NCBI GenBank assembly: GCA_030324005.1
Contig: JARDVH010000163.1
Location: 102,624,073 to 102,688,072 of the forward strand
Reading direction: 5' to 3'
Source: Negaprion brevirostris
Taxonomy: Eukaryota
Length of the DNA stretch: 64,000 bases
Below the pieces are notes generated by a model, which had not been told where the DNA came from, ran no database searches, and saw only the letters and a list, made by a program, of their open reading frames with translations. Shown here piece after piece: positions 36,831 to 49,335 of the stretch (positions are counted from its first letter, which is position 1; each line of letters starts with the position of its first letter). A program made the position numbers and the translations under genes.

Positions 36831-38351
36831 GGTGTCATTTAATAGGCCAGGGACCTCAAACTTTCTACGGAACTGTCACAGCCTTTTGGGGGCCATCTCA
36901 GGTGCCAATACCAAACATGAGTTGGTGGTCAGTCCTGCATTCATCATGTAACCATAGCATGTGCAATTTACACATCTTTTTGATTCCCTATTCCTGACTA
37001 TCACCTAATCTATTAAGTACCAGTGATTCGATCTTGAATGCTACCAAGTCACCCTGAAACTTTTTCTGCTAGAAGGCGTGTTAGTCAGCACAAGATCAAG
37101 TAATAGTTTGGGTACTGCTTTTAAAGTGAAATAAGCGGATTATGTTCGGCTGCAATTATGCTGTGATCAGTAGTCACTCAAATGTCAGCGGCACTTATTG
37201 ATGCTGCTGAGCTGCAAACATAAACTTTCCAAATCAACTGAGAGCTCTGGATATGTCCTCCAAAGCAATAAATTTTAAATAAATTGAGCTCACAGGCAGG
37301 AATGCCTGCTTTCTCCAAACACTGAAATAAGCTCTATCAGTGGAAGCTCAATAAATCATGAGAACTTTTTAAACTGTGCACAAAATTACATTGGGGTTAT
37401 AGTCCACATGGTGCAGTTGGTATTAAATGGTCTCCTCGAGGGGTTTCAGTCCTTTTGAAATCATATATCATGTAAACATTTTTTTTCTTTTAAACTATTT
37501 GTCTACTTCCCTTTTCACAGCTATTGTGAGTTCTGNNNNNNNNNNNNNNNNNNNNNNNNNNNNNNNNNNNNNNNNNNNNNNNNNNNNNNNNNNNNNNNNN
37601 NNNNNNNNNNNNNNNNNNNNNNNNNNNNNNNNNNNNNNNNNNNNNNNNNNNNNNNNNNNNNNNNNNNNNNNNNNNNNNNNNNNNNNNNNNNNNNNNNNNN
37701 NNNNNNNNNNNNNNNNNNNNNNNNNNNNNNNNNNNNNNNNNNNNNNNNNNNNNNNNNNNNNNNNNNNNNNNNNNNNNNNNNNNNNNNNNNNNNNNNNNNN
37801 NNNNNNNNNNNNNNNNNNNNNNNNNNNNNNNNNNNNNNNNNNNNNNNNNNNNNNNNNNNNNNNNNNNNNNNNNNNNNNNNNNNNNNNNNNNNNNNNNNNN
37901 NNNNNNNNNNNNNNNNNNNNNNNNNNNNNNNNNNNNNNNNNNNNNNNNNNNNNNNNNNNNNNNNNNNNNNNNNNNNNNNNNNNNNNNNNNNNNNNNNNNN
38001 NNNNNNNNNNNNNNNNNNNNNNNNNNNNNNNNNNNNNNNNNNNNNNNNNNNNNNNNNNNNNNNNNNNNNNNNNNNNNNNNNNNNNNNNNNNNNNNNNNNN
38101 NNNNNNNNNNNNNNNNNNNNNNNNNNNNNNNNNNNNNNNNNNNNNNNNNNNNNNNNNNNNNNNNNNNNNNNNNNNNNNNNNNNNNNNNNNNNNNNNNNNN
38201 NNNNNNNNNNNNNNNNNNNNNNNNNNNNNNNNNNNNNNNNNNNNNNNNNNNNNNNNNNNNNNNNNNNNNNNNNNNNNNNNNNNNNNNNNNNNNNNNNNNN
38301 NNNNNNNNNNNNNNNNNNNNNNNNNNNNNNNNNNNNNNNNNNNNNNNNNNN

Positions 38352-38480
38352 AAGGCATATCCTCCAAAGTAACGGGAGCAGGTGGTCAGAGAGGTCAATT
38401 CCCAGAGTCTGGCCCAGAGGATCTGGCTGCAGTGTGTGAAAAACTTCAAAGGCCTCACATTGTTGAGGTCAAGGTGAGTG
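38352..38480 (+). mobile_element. Harbinger-type Myb/SANT-like (trihelix) ORF remnant
   Basis: From 38373: REQVVREVNSQSLAQRIWLQCVKNFKGLT, matching W..VA..VN.....R...QC.K.F..L; followed by AG|GTGAGT at 38474; an in-frame stop lies just upstream. Confidence 0.7.
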
Positions 38481-38699
38481 AATGCATCTTCAGGTAACAT
38501 CTTCAACTATTGCAACATCAACCTCTGATGCTGCTCAATGTACCACTGCACCGTCTGCAATCAGGACTCATACTAACTTCCAGATGCTCCACTTCACTTC
38601 ATGAGACGCACATCCGCCTCAAGCAGCTTTGACACAACTCCAGCTATTCAGCTATGGTTGTCACATCACTGACTTTTCTCCCTCTTATAAGGTCACAAA

Positions 38700-39175
38700 A
38701 TAATAGAGTAGCAGAAGACAGTCAATTGAGCAGTGAATCAGGGGCTGTAGAGAAGCTGGGGCTAAAGGCAGAGAGCTTTAAGGATCAAGGATCTGATTTG
38801 GCATCACTAAGCAAGAATGAAATCATGCCCACGCTGAAGCGGGAGAATACAAAATCAAAAGATGCTGTTGGAAAGTTTGCCTAGCCAGATGCTAGTCAAA
38901 GGACACCAAGAAGCACTGGGAAAGTCCCAGGAAAAGTGAAATAACTCTCAAAATTTTGTAAAGTACTGGCGACTCTTGGGTGCAAATAAAAGTAGAATGA
39001 GGACTATTTTGTTGATATTCTCAGGTTTAAAGTATAAATGTTTATGAAATGTAGTAGTACATGCCATGTTTAACTCCTGGAGAGTAAAATATTTTGTGGT
39101 GTAATTCTTTCAGTTAATAACTGGGAGTTTTAATCTCTTTCTAAAAGTTAATGGTTTCTACTGAGATTGTCACAC
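38700..39175 (+). mobile_element. Probable solo LTR (3' part)
   Basis: Ends TAATTCTTTCAGTTAATAACTGGGAG..AAAAGTTAATGGTTTCTACTGAGATTGTCACA, like recalled shark LTR ends; 5' boundary uncertain. Confidence 0.4.
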
Positions 39176-39552
39176 ATGAAACAGTGATTCCACTCACTAG
39201 GCAGCAACAGCAGCACAAAGTCAAAAGTAGCTCACCTGGAAGTCCTCTTAAAAACACTAGTCATGGGTGTCATTTGTATAGCTAAGAATAGGTTCAGCCA
39301 TCAGTGACTAGAGTGGCCATTAGCAGGACCTGCCAGATCCAATGCAGCAGTTTGTGCACAAAATCAGCCTTTTATGCTCTTTGATGTCACAATCTGCATG
39401 TTTGCAACTCCAGTGTGGCATATCCATGCAATAGTGCTCTTACAATCTTAGGAGGTGACATGATCTGTGCTAGTGATGGTTCAGCTGTCATATTTGGAGT
39501 TTTGGCTTCTATAACACCAGCTACGAATTTAGCAACCAAAATCTCCAATCTC

Positions 39553-39670
39553 TCAACAACAACTTACATTTGCATTGCACCTCTGATACAGAAAGTATCC
39601 CACAATGCTTCACTCAAGCATAATCAGAAAAGAAATACACAGAGACAGGGAAGATACTAAGAAAGGTGGC
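39553..39670 (-). mobile_element. L2 LINE 3' tail
   Basis: ACAACAACTTACATTTGCATTGCACC..ATCCCACAATGCTTCAC is the reverse of the L2 terminal motif seen at 59140-59183. Confidence 0.6.
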
Positions 39671-39774
39671 CATTGGTGGTCAAATAAATGCTGTCTAGCC
39701 AGCAACGCCCATCTCCCATGAATAAAAAAAGTGTTTTTTAAAAGCAGGGAGGAGGAGAGTGAGTTGGAGAAATG

Positions 39775-41960
39775 GAGGCCATGATTTTCTGGCCAAGTCA
39801 TGCAAAGAATGCAACAGACGGAGTGGGATGGAGAATTGCGGGTGAGTGGTTTAGCATATTCTGCACCAGCTCCAAGCCTCATTGGTATCTTCCCACCCAC
39901 TGCTCCCGGAAGAAATCTGATTCCTGCCCAGTAAAAGTGGGAATCAGATCAGCATATTTAAATGAGTATTTAAATATGCTGAGTCCATTAGAGGCCAGAA
40001 CTTCCCCGTGTGATGATATTATGCCTTTAAGAAATATATGTGCATCACATGTCTTGTAAGGCGTATGTTTAGAATTCAGATCTGTGTTTGCAGGATGTCT
40101 AGCAAAACATTTGAACTGATAGCTGGCAGCGCAGGCCAGGTAAACATTTTAGACCGGGAGTGTTTATTTTAAGTTGAATTACCTGGGTCTCCTCTGGCGG
40201 GGGAGGGGGGGGGGGTTCAGTGTAGAATTTTGATTAGACTCATTTACAGGAACAGAATCATGTGCTTAATGGGAGGAACGAAGCTTGCAGGCAAGAAGTA
40301 CTGCTTCAGCTTCATTTTTAAAAATATATGCAGTTGCTGTTTGAACTGCCAGAAGAAACAAGGATCCCTCTGGCTCACTCTCCAGAGTTGTTCTGAAAGC
40401 TGTAGCACTATTAACCAGAGATAAGCAAGTATGCCTGTATTTTGCCAACTAACTTGAGAGAGGTTTAAGTCTATTAGAGGAATATTGTTTGAATTGGAAC
40501 TCATATGCCAGCAATAAAGAATTGTATCTTGTCATGTTAGGTATAGCCCAATTGTTAAATGTTAAACTAATTAATTTGTTCTCATTAACCTGTGTTGTTA
40601 ATCAAAACTTGTTTTGACGAAAGCTTCCTCGTGCATCAGTAGAATTGTGCCTGGAATGAAACCTTGTGTGGAATTTTCCAGCCATGCACAACCCCAGATC
40701 CAAAATTCCCATCCAAGGTCAATGGGATTTAAAATGATCTACCAAATGTTATGTGCTGCCCATTATGATTCTTGTGATGGGTGGGAACAGAAAATATCCC
40801 CCATCATATTCTCACATTAATGCCAAAATAGCAAATTGTTGGGGTCTAGTCTGACTTCATAATATATCTTGGGGTTTCTGATCTGGTATCCTTACATTTG
40901 CTCCTGGGATTTTCTGACTCTTGGTGGCAGAGGGAGCCTGGTGAGAATCACTACTGGCCTCCATAAACAGAGACCAGGCGTGATGGCCAAGCATGGGGGA
41001 TGGGAGATGGAAGAAAGACTCAAAGGCCATAGAAACCCCTGGTGGGTGGGGACATGGCTGGCCATTGCCCTTCTGGCAATGCCAGCCTGTGTCAACTGGC
41101 ACCCTGGCAGTGCCCACTGATGCCCAAATGAATGGGACATTGGCCAAAAATTGGTATTCCTGACAAGCGTTAGCACTATCAGGATTCAGCCAACCCGCCG
41201 TGCCGACCCGGATTGGGGTCCTACCCAGAAGATGCAGCATCCCAATAATTATGCAAACTCACTAATTTGAATGTCAATAGCAGGGTTGACAGCCAATTCA
41301 GCAGCACATCACCATTCACCCAGCCTGCGAATGGATCATGGCACCAGACTGTCTTTATAGTTGCTCCCACATAGGGCGCTGGACCTTGAGAGTCCAGGAG
41401 AGCACCATCAAACCCTCAGAAGATGAGCATCCTGGCCNNNNNNNNNNNNNNNNNNNNNNNNNNNNNNNNNNNNNNNNNNNNNNNNNNNNNNNNNNNNNNN
41501 NNNNNNNNNNNNNNNNNNNNNNNNNNNNNNNNNNNNNGAGCATCCTGCCCCCCCACCCCCATCACTCAAACCACGGATCACCCTCCCCATTGACTATGCA
41601 GCCCTTTCTCAGCTCCCCCCCCACCTCAGACTCCCTACTCAGCCCCCTTCCCACTCAGATACTTACTTAGCCAACCTCTCCCCTCAGACACCTCACTCAG
41701 CTCACATGCCACAGGCCACATGCCCCCTAGCATTGACACTCTGGCCTGGAACATTGTGCCCAAAAGGGCTTGATGATATAGATCCAGAGACCATTTACCC
41801 ATCTGCTGCTACCAGGCTGCAATGAAAGGTCCTTCAAGGGTTTTGAGGCATTGGTGGGCTCAGTTTGGGGCAAGGGGTTGCCCCACTCTCCGTTGGGATA
41901 GAAATGTTGTTGCTGGATGGCCTCTATGAGTCATGGCAGTCCTGAAGGTCACCCCAGTAT
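39775..41960. mobile_element. Harbinger-like element interrupted by a probable solo LTR (40009-40896), itself holding a MITE (40666-40802)
   Basis: TIR-type start GGCCATGATTTTC; the GC-rich body resumes after a TGTGATG...CTTACA bounded AT-rich insert; MITE ends GTGTGGAATTTTCC ... GAAAATATCCCCC. No clean LTR target duplication. Confidence 0.45.
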
Positions 41961-42726
41961 GGTGATTTCACATAGCTCTGTGGTCAATATCTGCATTCCC
42001 ACCTGTCAGCTATGAAAATTCTAAAGTGGTCAGGAAACTCTAACCTCCATGCCCCTCAAGTCACCTGGCAGGCTTTCAACTCATTTCAGCATTCCATTCT
42101 GTAGCAGAGATTTTACTTTCTCCCTGTCAGAAGCTGTAGGTGTGAGCGGGCTCCTCTGAAATCTGACCAAGATGGGATATTAATTTTACCGGGGAGAGGG
42201 GTGGTGGGAGTGTAGTAGTAGTTTCCATTCTGCACAGATATGCACTCAGCCTCAGCCCAATATATTCACATAGCTTTGATGTGAAGTTTTGATGTGAAGT
42301 TTGAAACTTCCTCATAACCTGAAATCTTTGAAAGTCTCTGGAGCAATTTCAAGGTGCAGTGTCTTGTAAAAGATTCAACAAATACCTCAATGGATTTCTA
42401 TCATCCTTCAGCCACCTGTGTTTATTTTCAATTTCCTTCACAGTTGAATGCACCTCAGGTACCCCATTGATTCTGCCCACTATGGTTGAGAGAGCCTAAG
42501 TCTGATTGACAGCCTGTGGTTTCATCTCCTCTTTTATAAACCACAATCATTTTAAGGAAATCAATGTTGCAGAATGAAGTGCTGCAATGACTTAAAAGCC
42601 TGCCAGGTGACGGGTGGTGGTGGGGGGAGGCATTGGAGATTAAAGTTACCTGATCACTTTAGAATTTTCACAGCGAACAGGCAGCACAACAGATGGTGAT
42701 CACAGGGCTGTCTGAAATCACCATGA

Positions 42727-42799
42727 TGTGGAGATGCCGGCATTGGACTGGGATAAACACAGTAAGAAGTCTCACAACACCAGGTTAAAGTCCAACAAG
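42727..42799 (-). mobile_element. Penelope-like element terminus running into a gap
   Basis: CAGTAAGAAGTCTCACAACACCAGGTTAAAGTCCAACA is the reverse complement of 62698-62733; GGAGATGCCGGCATTGGACTGGG also matches 6887-6910. Confidence 0.85.
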
Positions 42800-43713
42800 N
42801 NNNNNNNNNNNNNNNNNNNNNNNNNNNNNNNNNNNNNNNNNNNNNNNNNNNNNNNNNNNNNNNNNNNNNNNNNNNNNNNNNNNNNNNNNNNNNNNNNNNN
42901 NNNNNNNNNNNNNNNNNNNNNNNNNNNNNNNNNNNNNNNNNNNNNNNNNNNNNNNNNNNNNNNNNNNNNNNNNNNNNNNNNNNNNNNNNNNNNNNNNNNN
43001 NNNNNNNNNNNNNNNNNNNNNNNNNNNNNNNNNNNNNNNNNNNNNNNNNNNNNNNNNNNNNNNNNNNNNNNNNNNNNNNNNNNNNNNNNNNNNNNNNNNN
43101 NNNNNNNNNNNNNNNNNNNNNNNNNNNNNNNNNNNNNNNNNNNNNNNNNNNNNNNNNNNNNNNNNNNNNNNNNNNNNNNNNNNNNNNNNNNNNNNNNNNN
43201 NNNNNNNNNNNNNNNNNNNNNNNNNNNNNNNNNNNNNNNNNNNNNNNNNNNNNNNNNNNNNNNNNNNNNNNNNNNNNNNNNNNNNNNNNNNNNNNNNNNN
43301 NNNNNNNNNNNNNNNNNNNNNNNNNNNNNNNNNNNNNNNNNNNNNNNNNNNNNNNNNNNNNNNNNNNNNNNNNNNNNNNNNNNNNNNNNNNNNNNNNNNN
43401 NNNNNNNNNNNNNNNNNNNNNNNNNNNNNNNNNNNNNNNNNNNNNNNNNNNNNNNNNNNNNNNNNNNNNNNNNNNNNNNNNNNNNNNNNNNNNNNNNNNN
43501 NNNNNNNNNNNNNNNNNNNNNNNNNNNNNNNNNNNNNNNNNNNNNNNNNNNNNNNNNNNNNNNNNNNNNNNNNNNNNNNNNNNNNNNNNNNNNNNNNNNN
43601 NNNNNNNNNNNNNNNNNNNNNNNNNNNNNNNNNNNNNNNNNNNNNNNNNNNNNNNNNNNNNNNNNNNNNNNNNNNNNNNNNNNNNNNNNNNNNNNNNNNN
43701 NNNNNNNNNNNNN

Positions 43714-44985
43714 GTGTCATTCGGGCAGTTTTGTTGGCTTGGTACTGTGTGGCTAGTGTTTTCACTACCCGCAGCATAGTGGTTTCCTGGACATTGCTCT
43801 CAAAAGAAGTGGCAACAGTTTGGTGTTCTCCATGTTGGCATAGACCACAGTGGTTATACTTTCGTTGCTCTGTGTCTCACCATTACCCGTCTCATATTTA
43901 AACATCAAAGAACAGTCTGGCAAAAGAAGGTAAAAATTCTAGTTTCATCAGTGTTAAAAATGTCTTGTGGTGCATACTCGTTTAAGATGTGGAGACCATT
44001 TTGGAGCCAATCATTTGTCATTGCTGCCGTAACTACTGCACTCTTACTCACCATGCAAAAGACGCAAAAGACAATGTCATGCCTGGTCTTGACTAGGTCC
44101 AGTCATCCATCACTGCAGATGAAACCATACGGCCCAGCTTCTTTGCCAGGATGACTCCCCTTGCTGCAGGATTGGGCAAGAGATGGGAACATTCTCTGCT
44201 TGGACTGCCTTGAGTGGCACAGGGCAGTGGTTAGCACTGCTGCCTCAGAGCTCCAGAGACCTGAGTTCAATTCTGGCCTTGAGTGACTGTCTGTGGAGTT
44301 TGCATGTTCTCCCCATGTCTGCATGGGTTTCCTACAGCTGCTCCAGTTTTCTCCCACAATCCAAAGATGTGTACGTTAGATGGACTGGCCATGTTACATT
44401 ATCCCTTAGTGTCCAAAGATGTGTAGGATAGGGGAATTAGCAAAGTAACTATGTGGAGGTAGGGCCTGGGTAAGATGCTCTATCACAGATTCGATGCAGA
44501 CTCAATGGGCCAAATGGCTTTGTTTGCACTGTTGGAATTGTATCATTTTATGCTTAAACTCTGCAGCTGAGCGTCTTCAACATTGGGATAGCAGCCATTC
44601 TCATTCTTTTTCTTGCCGGAGAAACATCTGTTTGTCAAACTGTTCCAAGATGTTCACCTTGTGTTTNNNNNNNNNNNNNNNNNNNNNNNNNNNNNNNNNN
44701 NNNNNNNNNNNNNNNNNNNNNNNNNNNNNNNNNNNNNNNNNNNNNNNNNNNNNNNNNNNNNNNNNNTGTTCCAAGATGTTCACCTTGTGTTTCATAATGG
44801 TGGACATATTCAATGATGGAATCTCTCACTCCTTCATGATGTCAGCTTTCCAATTCACACCATGGTATTCCACTTGCTCTACTAACTTCACCTTCTCGCC
44901 AACAGACAATACTTTTAACTTTCTCACAGGTTCAGTCATACTCCCAGGCTTTGCATGTCCTTTCACAGGCAGATTTCAATGCTAA
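43714..44985 (-). mobile_element. Tigger/pogo (CENP-B/TIGD-like) transposase fossil interrupted by an HE1 SINE
   Basis: VRKLKVLSVGEKVKLVEQVE..KADIMKE*EIPSLNMSTIMKHKVNILE (psq-type HTH), AENVPISCPILQ, FICSDG*LD, EYAPQDIFNTDET (43979-43941), TLATQYQANKTARMT. Confidence 0.9.
44212..44550 (+). mobile_element. Full-length HE1-type V-SINE
   Basis: GGCAGTGGTTAGCACTGCTGCCTCA A-box region, GAGTTCAATTC B-box, V-domain GTGGAGTTTGCATGTTCTCCCCATGTCTGCATGGGTTTCC, tail GCAGACTCAATGGGCCAAATGGC. Confidence 0.9.
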
Positions 44986-45062
44986 ATGACGGCTTGCCCA
45001 GTGCGCCATGATTTTACACAGTTGTATGGTCTAACTCCATTCTGATAGATTGTCTTAAAACA

Positions 45063-45410
45063 GCTAATCCAGAGTATGGAATTTCAGCTCATCACAGGTA
45101 TTGTTCTATGGGACTGTTTTCTGACCAGTGGAAATGATTGACAACTAAGACAGTACTGGAATTTTGTGTCATCCAAGTTTGACTCATTATGATTTCAATT
45201 ATGTCGCTAGGTTACACAAGCAAACTGATTAGAAATTAAGTGATGAAAAAATAGAAGTGGAAAAGATACCCTCTATTACACTTAATTAACAAGGCAATTA
45301 TTGTTTGGCTCTCCAATTTATTTTCTTATGAACAGAATATATAACATAATAGAACAGTAAATCATTTTCAGTTGTACTGGACCTCAAGTCTTATAGGCTA
45401 TTAATTCTTC
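45063..45410 (+). repeat. Diverged direct repeat, copy 1
   Basis: Aligns along its length with 46150-46499 (e.g. GCTAGGTTACACAAG.AAACTGATTAGAAATTAAGTGA; TTACACTTAATTAACAAGG; TCAAGTCTTATAGGCTATTAATT). Confidence 0.92.
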
Positions 45411-46149
45411 TTGTGGAAAAATGAACAACACTGGGCACAGATGCTGTAGAGAAGAAGAAAATATACAAAATGGCTGACTAATTGAAACACAAAGAAATGG
45501 AAATCAATCCTGTTGCAAAAATGAATGCAAATAAGCTCTCTCACATTTTAAACCGGCAATTAATTGCTTAAACATTTGTTTGAAAAAATGAGGAAAAAAT
45601 GCTGTGGCTGACAAGTTCATCCGCAAAGAAATGTGGAATGAATTATGAGAGAACAAAAGTGGGAATATAAACAGAAAAAAATATTGAAAATGTGAATTTT
45701 ATCCATTGTTTTCGGTTCCCCTGAGCAACACATCACCGAACAATCGAAAAGATGGACAAATTGTAGTGAACTGACTATCGAGGTAATCATGTGGGTCTTT
45801 CAGACTGGCGTTGATCAGAATTAAATTCTGTGCGCAGACAAACATCTTTTACATACGTGACTAATATATTCTGCTGGGGAATAAGAGTATTTCCATTTCA
45901 ACAGTTAAAGCACCACAAAAACAGTGGGAAATTTCAAAATAAGTGACAATTCTCCCAACACGAAAGACATAAATTTTAAAAACTTGTTGTTCTTAACAAA
46001 GTATGGGAAAATAGAATGACTGGGAGCGGCTAATTATTTCAACTTGTTTGCCTAATTCATAGGATTACTGTTTCACTTGTACTTTTGCTTTAATCTAGGA
46101 TGTACTATACTTGGCTGTCACCATTGTGTGAAAAACGTAGACAAATTCG

Positions 46150-46499
46150 GCTCATCCAGAGAAAGTAACTGAAGCTCATCATTGGTATTGTTCTATGGTA
46201 CTGCTATTCAGCTGGTGGAAATTGTTGATAACTAACACGGTACTGGAATTTTGTCATCCAAGTTTCACTCTTCATGATTACACTGTATTCAATTATGTAG
46301 CTAGGTTACACAAGAAAACTGATTAGAAATTAAGTGACAAAAAATTAAAGTGGAAAAGATATCCTCCTTTACACTTAATTAACAAGGAAATTATTACTTG
46401 GATCTCCAATTTATTTCTTTCTAGCAATATGTAATTTAATAGAACAGTAAATCATTTCCAAGGTACTGGACTTCAAGTCTTATAGGCTATTAATTATTC
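46150..46499 (+). repeat. Diverged direct repeat, copy 2
   Basis: See copy 1; offset about 1.09 kb. Confidence 0.92.
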
Positions 46500-46989
46500 G
46501 CCCTGCATTTGCTACTAGTTTTTAAAACTGCAGATGACAACATCTTCCATAAAGAGCTTTGCCACAAGCATAGCATCTCAGATCCGTTTACTTTCTCACA
46601 TTTTTTCCTTGATTGCTATCATTCAGTAACAGTTAAATTCTCAGTCAGGAATGAAGCTGTTCCTGTCGCTACCAGCTACTGCTGTCATAAGGTTTGCTTT
46701 TTATTTCCACTGTGAAACTGAATAAAATTGGTTCAAAGTAATTTGACTGCTGGATATGGGCTCCTGCTCACCTATTTTTGTATCTGCAGCACCTTGTCAT
46801 GTAATCATAGCAATGAAACAGGAAAAATACGTCCAGAATGAGGCTTTTAATACATACATCTTAATTAGGCATGTGCAGTGCATAAAGTATGAATGACGAA
46901 TTTTTCAAATCCAAGTTAAGAGTCTTTCTTTGCCATTTTAGAAACAAATATTCAAATAAAATTTTAATAAATTTACAATATTATACACT

Positions 46990-47260
46990 TAGATTTTGAA
47001 TGAATTCCTTGTAACATTTATGCAAAACGTCCCAAAACACATGACACTATAAAACTACCGAGCCGCACACGAGGAGATACTAGGTCAACTGGCTAAAAGT
47101 TCGATCAAGAAGTAGGCTTTAAGGACACCTTAAAAAGGTGAAAAGCTAATTAGAGGTGGACAGGAATGGGGAGGGAATTCCAGAACTTGGAACCCAGGCA
47201 ACTGATTCACAGCCACTAGTGGTGAAACAATTCCAAATGTGGAATGTACAAGAGTCTAAA
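46990..47260 (-). mobile_element. L2 LINE 3' fragment
   Basis: AAAACGTCCCAAAACAC..GTAGGCTTTAAGGACACCTTAAA..GGGAGGGAATTCCAGAACTTGG is the reverse of the type seen at 58820-58920. Confidence 0.7.
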
Positions 47261-48899
47261 AATGCTGTCAGTTTCATCCTTCAAAGGAGGGGGCAGGTTC
47301 CATGGCTCAATCCATCCCATCACAGCCCACCGCCAGAGTTCATTAGAATGGCTGAGGGTGAGAGCAAAGGTAAGAATGAAGGCCGTTCAGCTCGGTGGCC
47401 TGTTTGTCAGTCCCATTTCCTATTAGTCCCGACTAAAATCATGAAAACCAGGCTCAAGATATCCCAATTACATGGTGCAGTCTAGATGGACTACTAAGTT
47501 CTCCATGCAGTGGCATCCCTGCCAGTAAATTATCAATGCAGTAGGTCATGGTCAATAGTTGACCAATTAATGACTTTAATTGACTGCGGAAGTTCCAACG
47601 TCAAGAATATCTCATGGCAGCAACAGGACATTGGGTTCCCCTCTCAATGGCTTCTGCCACCACTTTATGAAACATTCTGCCTCCCAGGCTATAGCAGAAC
47701 GACATTGTGTTAAAAATCTCTTCAGAATCTGGATAGTATCACAAAGGGAAACTCTATGGGTTAACAAGTTAGTGTCATGCTTGGACTCGGTCTTATGATG
47801 CTGAAAAACCAATTAACCTGCCTCTGAAGCAATAATTAGTTTCCATTTAGCCTCTTGTTTCTATCCAATCATATGACACACAGAAATAGCTTTGCACTTA
47901 ACCAAGATATAGATAATACAGACCTGATCCTTTCACACTTTCATATGGTGCATTGAGCTTTGAGGGCACAGAGAAAGCATGCATTATGTATTTTTGAAGT
48001 AGTTATTAACATACATTGTAGAACAGTACAAGTTTACCGTTTGCAGTACAAAACCCACACGGCTAATGGGAAGCTGTTCAGCATTCTATGATTTCCCACT
48101 CAATTTAGTTTGTCTATTTGAATATTCTTGACACTCATTTTGAATACCAGCTTTGTGTGAGCACAGAAGTGTAAAATTGCTTCTCAACTGGTCCACTTTT
48201 AATGGAAAATCACCTCCCAAAAGAATTTTTGATTTTCTTCATTATGTTTTTCAGGGATGCTGTTCCATGGTTTCAATATTGGATCCACACCAGGGAGTTT
48301 GTCAGCACCATAAATTTATCTTTCAAATCTATTTAATTTATCTTTTTAATCTACAACATTTGCAATATGTCAAGAATCGGTTCACAATTGGATACAGAAA
48401 CTATCCACTTCTTCGCACCCTTTCTTCCACAATCCCCACATCATCTTTCAGTGTGCAACTGAACATCAAACCACAAGGTTTTATGGTAAAAGATCTACAC
48501 CTGATATGTTAACTTCTTTGCACTCTTGACAGATACTTATTGATCTGTAAGTGTTTCCAGCATGTTCCACTTTTGATTGATTTCCAGCAACCAATTCCTT
48601 TTTTAAACCCAAGAACTGAACTAACAAACCATGGGCAGAGGTTTTCTTCACAAAATTAATGCTCAAGAACTTGACTAGATACAACATAAACAATTTACAA
48701 CCAAAGCAAAATCTAAACTTTTAAATTTTCCATAGAATTTTCCTAATGCAAGGCATCATAGTTTTAACCATTTTACCCATTTGCACACCATACATCTGAG
48801 ATCCCTTTGTCCCTTCCATTCCAAAACAAAGAGAGAGCTGGATATTTTTATTTTCACTGCATAATATCACTATTTCCCCAAATTTACTGCTGCACGGAA

Positions 48900-49150
48900 T
48901 TACATAGAATAAACAAAACAGGAGCTGACCATTCCGCCACAATGGTCCACGTCAGCATTTATGCTTTACTTGACTCTTCTTCCATCCATCCTCATCTAAT
49001 TCTATTGGTATAACCCTCTATTCCTTTCTCACTCTCGTGTTTCTTCTGATTCCACATAAATGCTTCCAAATGATTTGCCTCAAATACTCCCCGTGGTACA
49101 GAGTTCCACATTTTCACTGCCGTGTGGGCAAATATGTTTGGTTTTTTTCC
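48900..49150 (-). mobile_element. CR1 3' fragment
   Basis: AVKMWNSVPRGVFEANHLEAF..KGIEGY. Confidence 0.75.
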
Positions 49151-49335
49151 TTCCGCCCTGGATAAAAAGTTAGCTGGGCTATTCACAGATATTATTCTTT
49201 AACCAAAAATAGTTTTGCTGTGGGGGTAATTCTAGAGCCAAACTGTAATATAACCTGGCCCACAATCAGAAAAATTCACAGAATAAGACGTTGCTCATTC
49301 AAATATCAGTGTTCAGTCACAAACTCTGCGATCTT

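Noticed and set aside
36916-36936. ATGAGTTGGTGGTCAGTCC resembling LF-SINE core
   Set aside because: About 20 bp only and the flanks do not extend the match; may be chance.
5409-43777. Long ORFs (about 150-360 aa) in the ORF track around 5.4-6.6, 36, 37.5 and 42.7 kb
   Set aside because: They are runs of N translated as X; they are not evidence of genes.
44212-44280. tRNA-like A and B boxes here and at 4645, 18555, 34030, 59470 and 63785
   Set aside because: These are SINE heads; no complete cloverleaf, so not tRNA genes.
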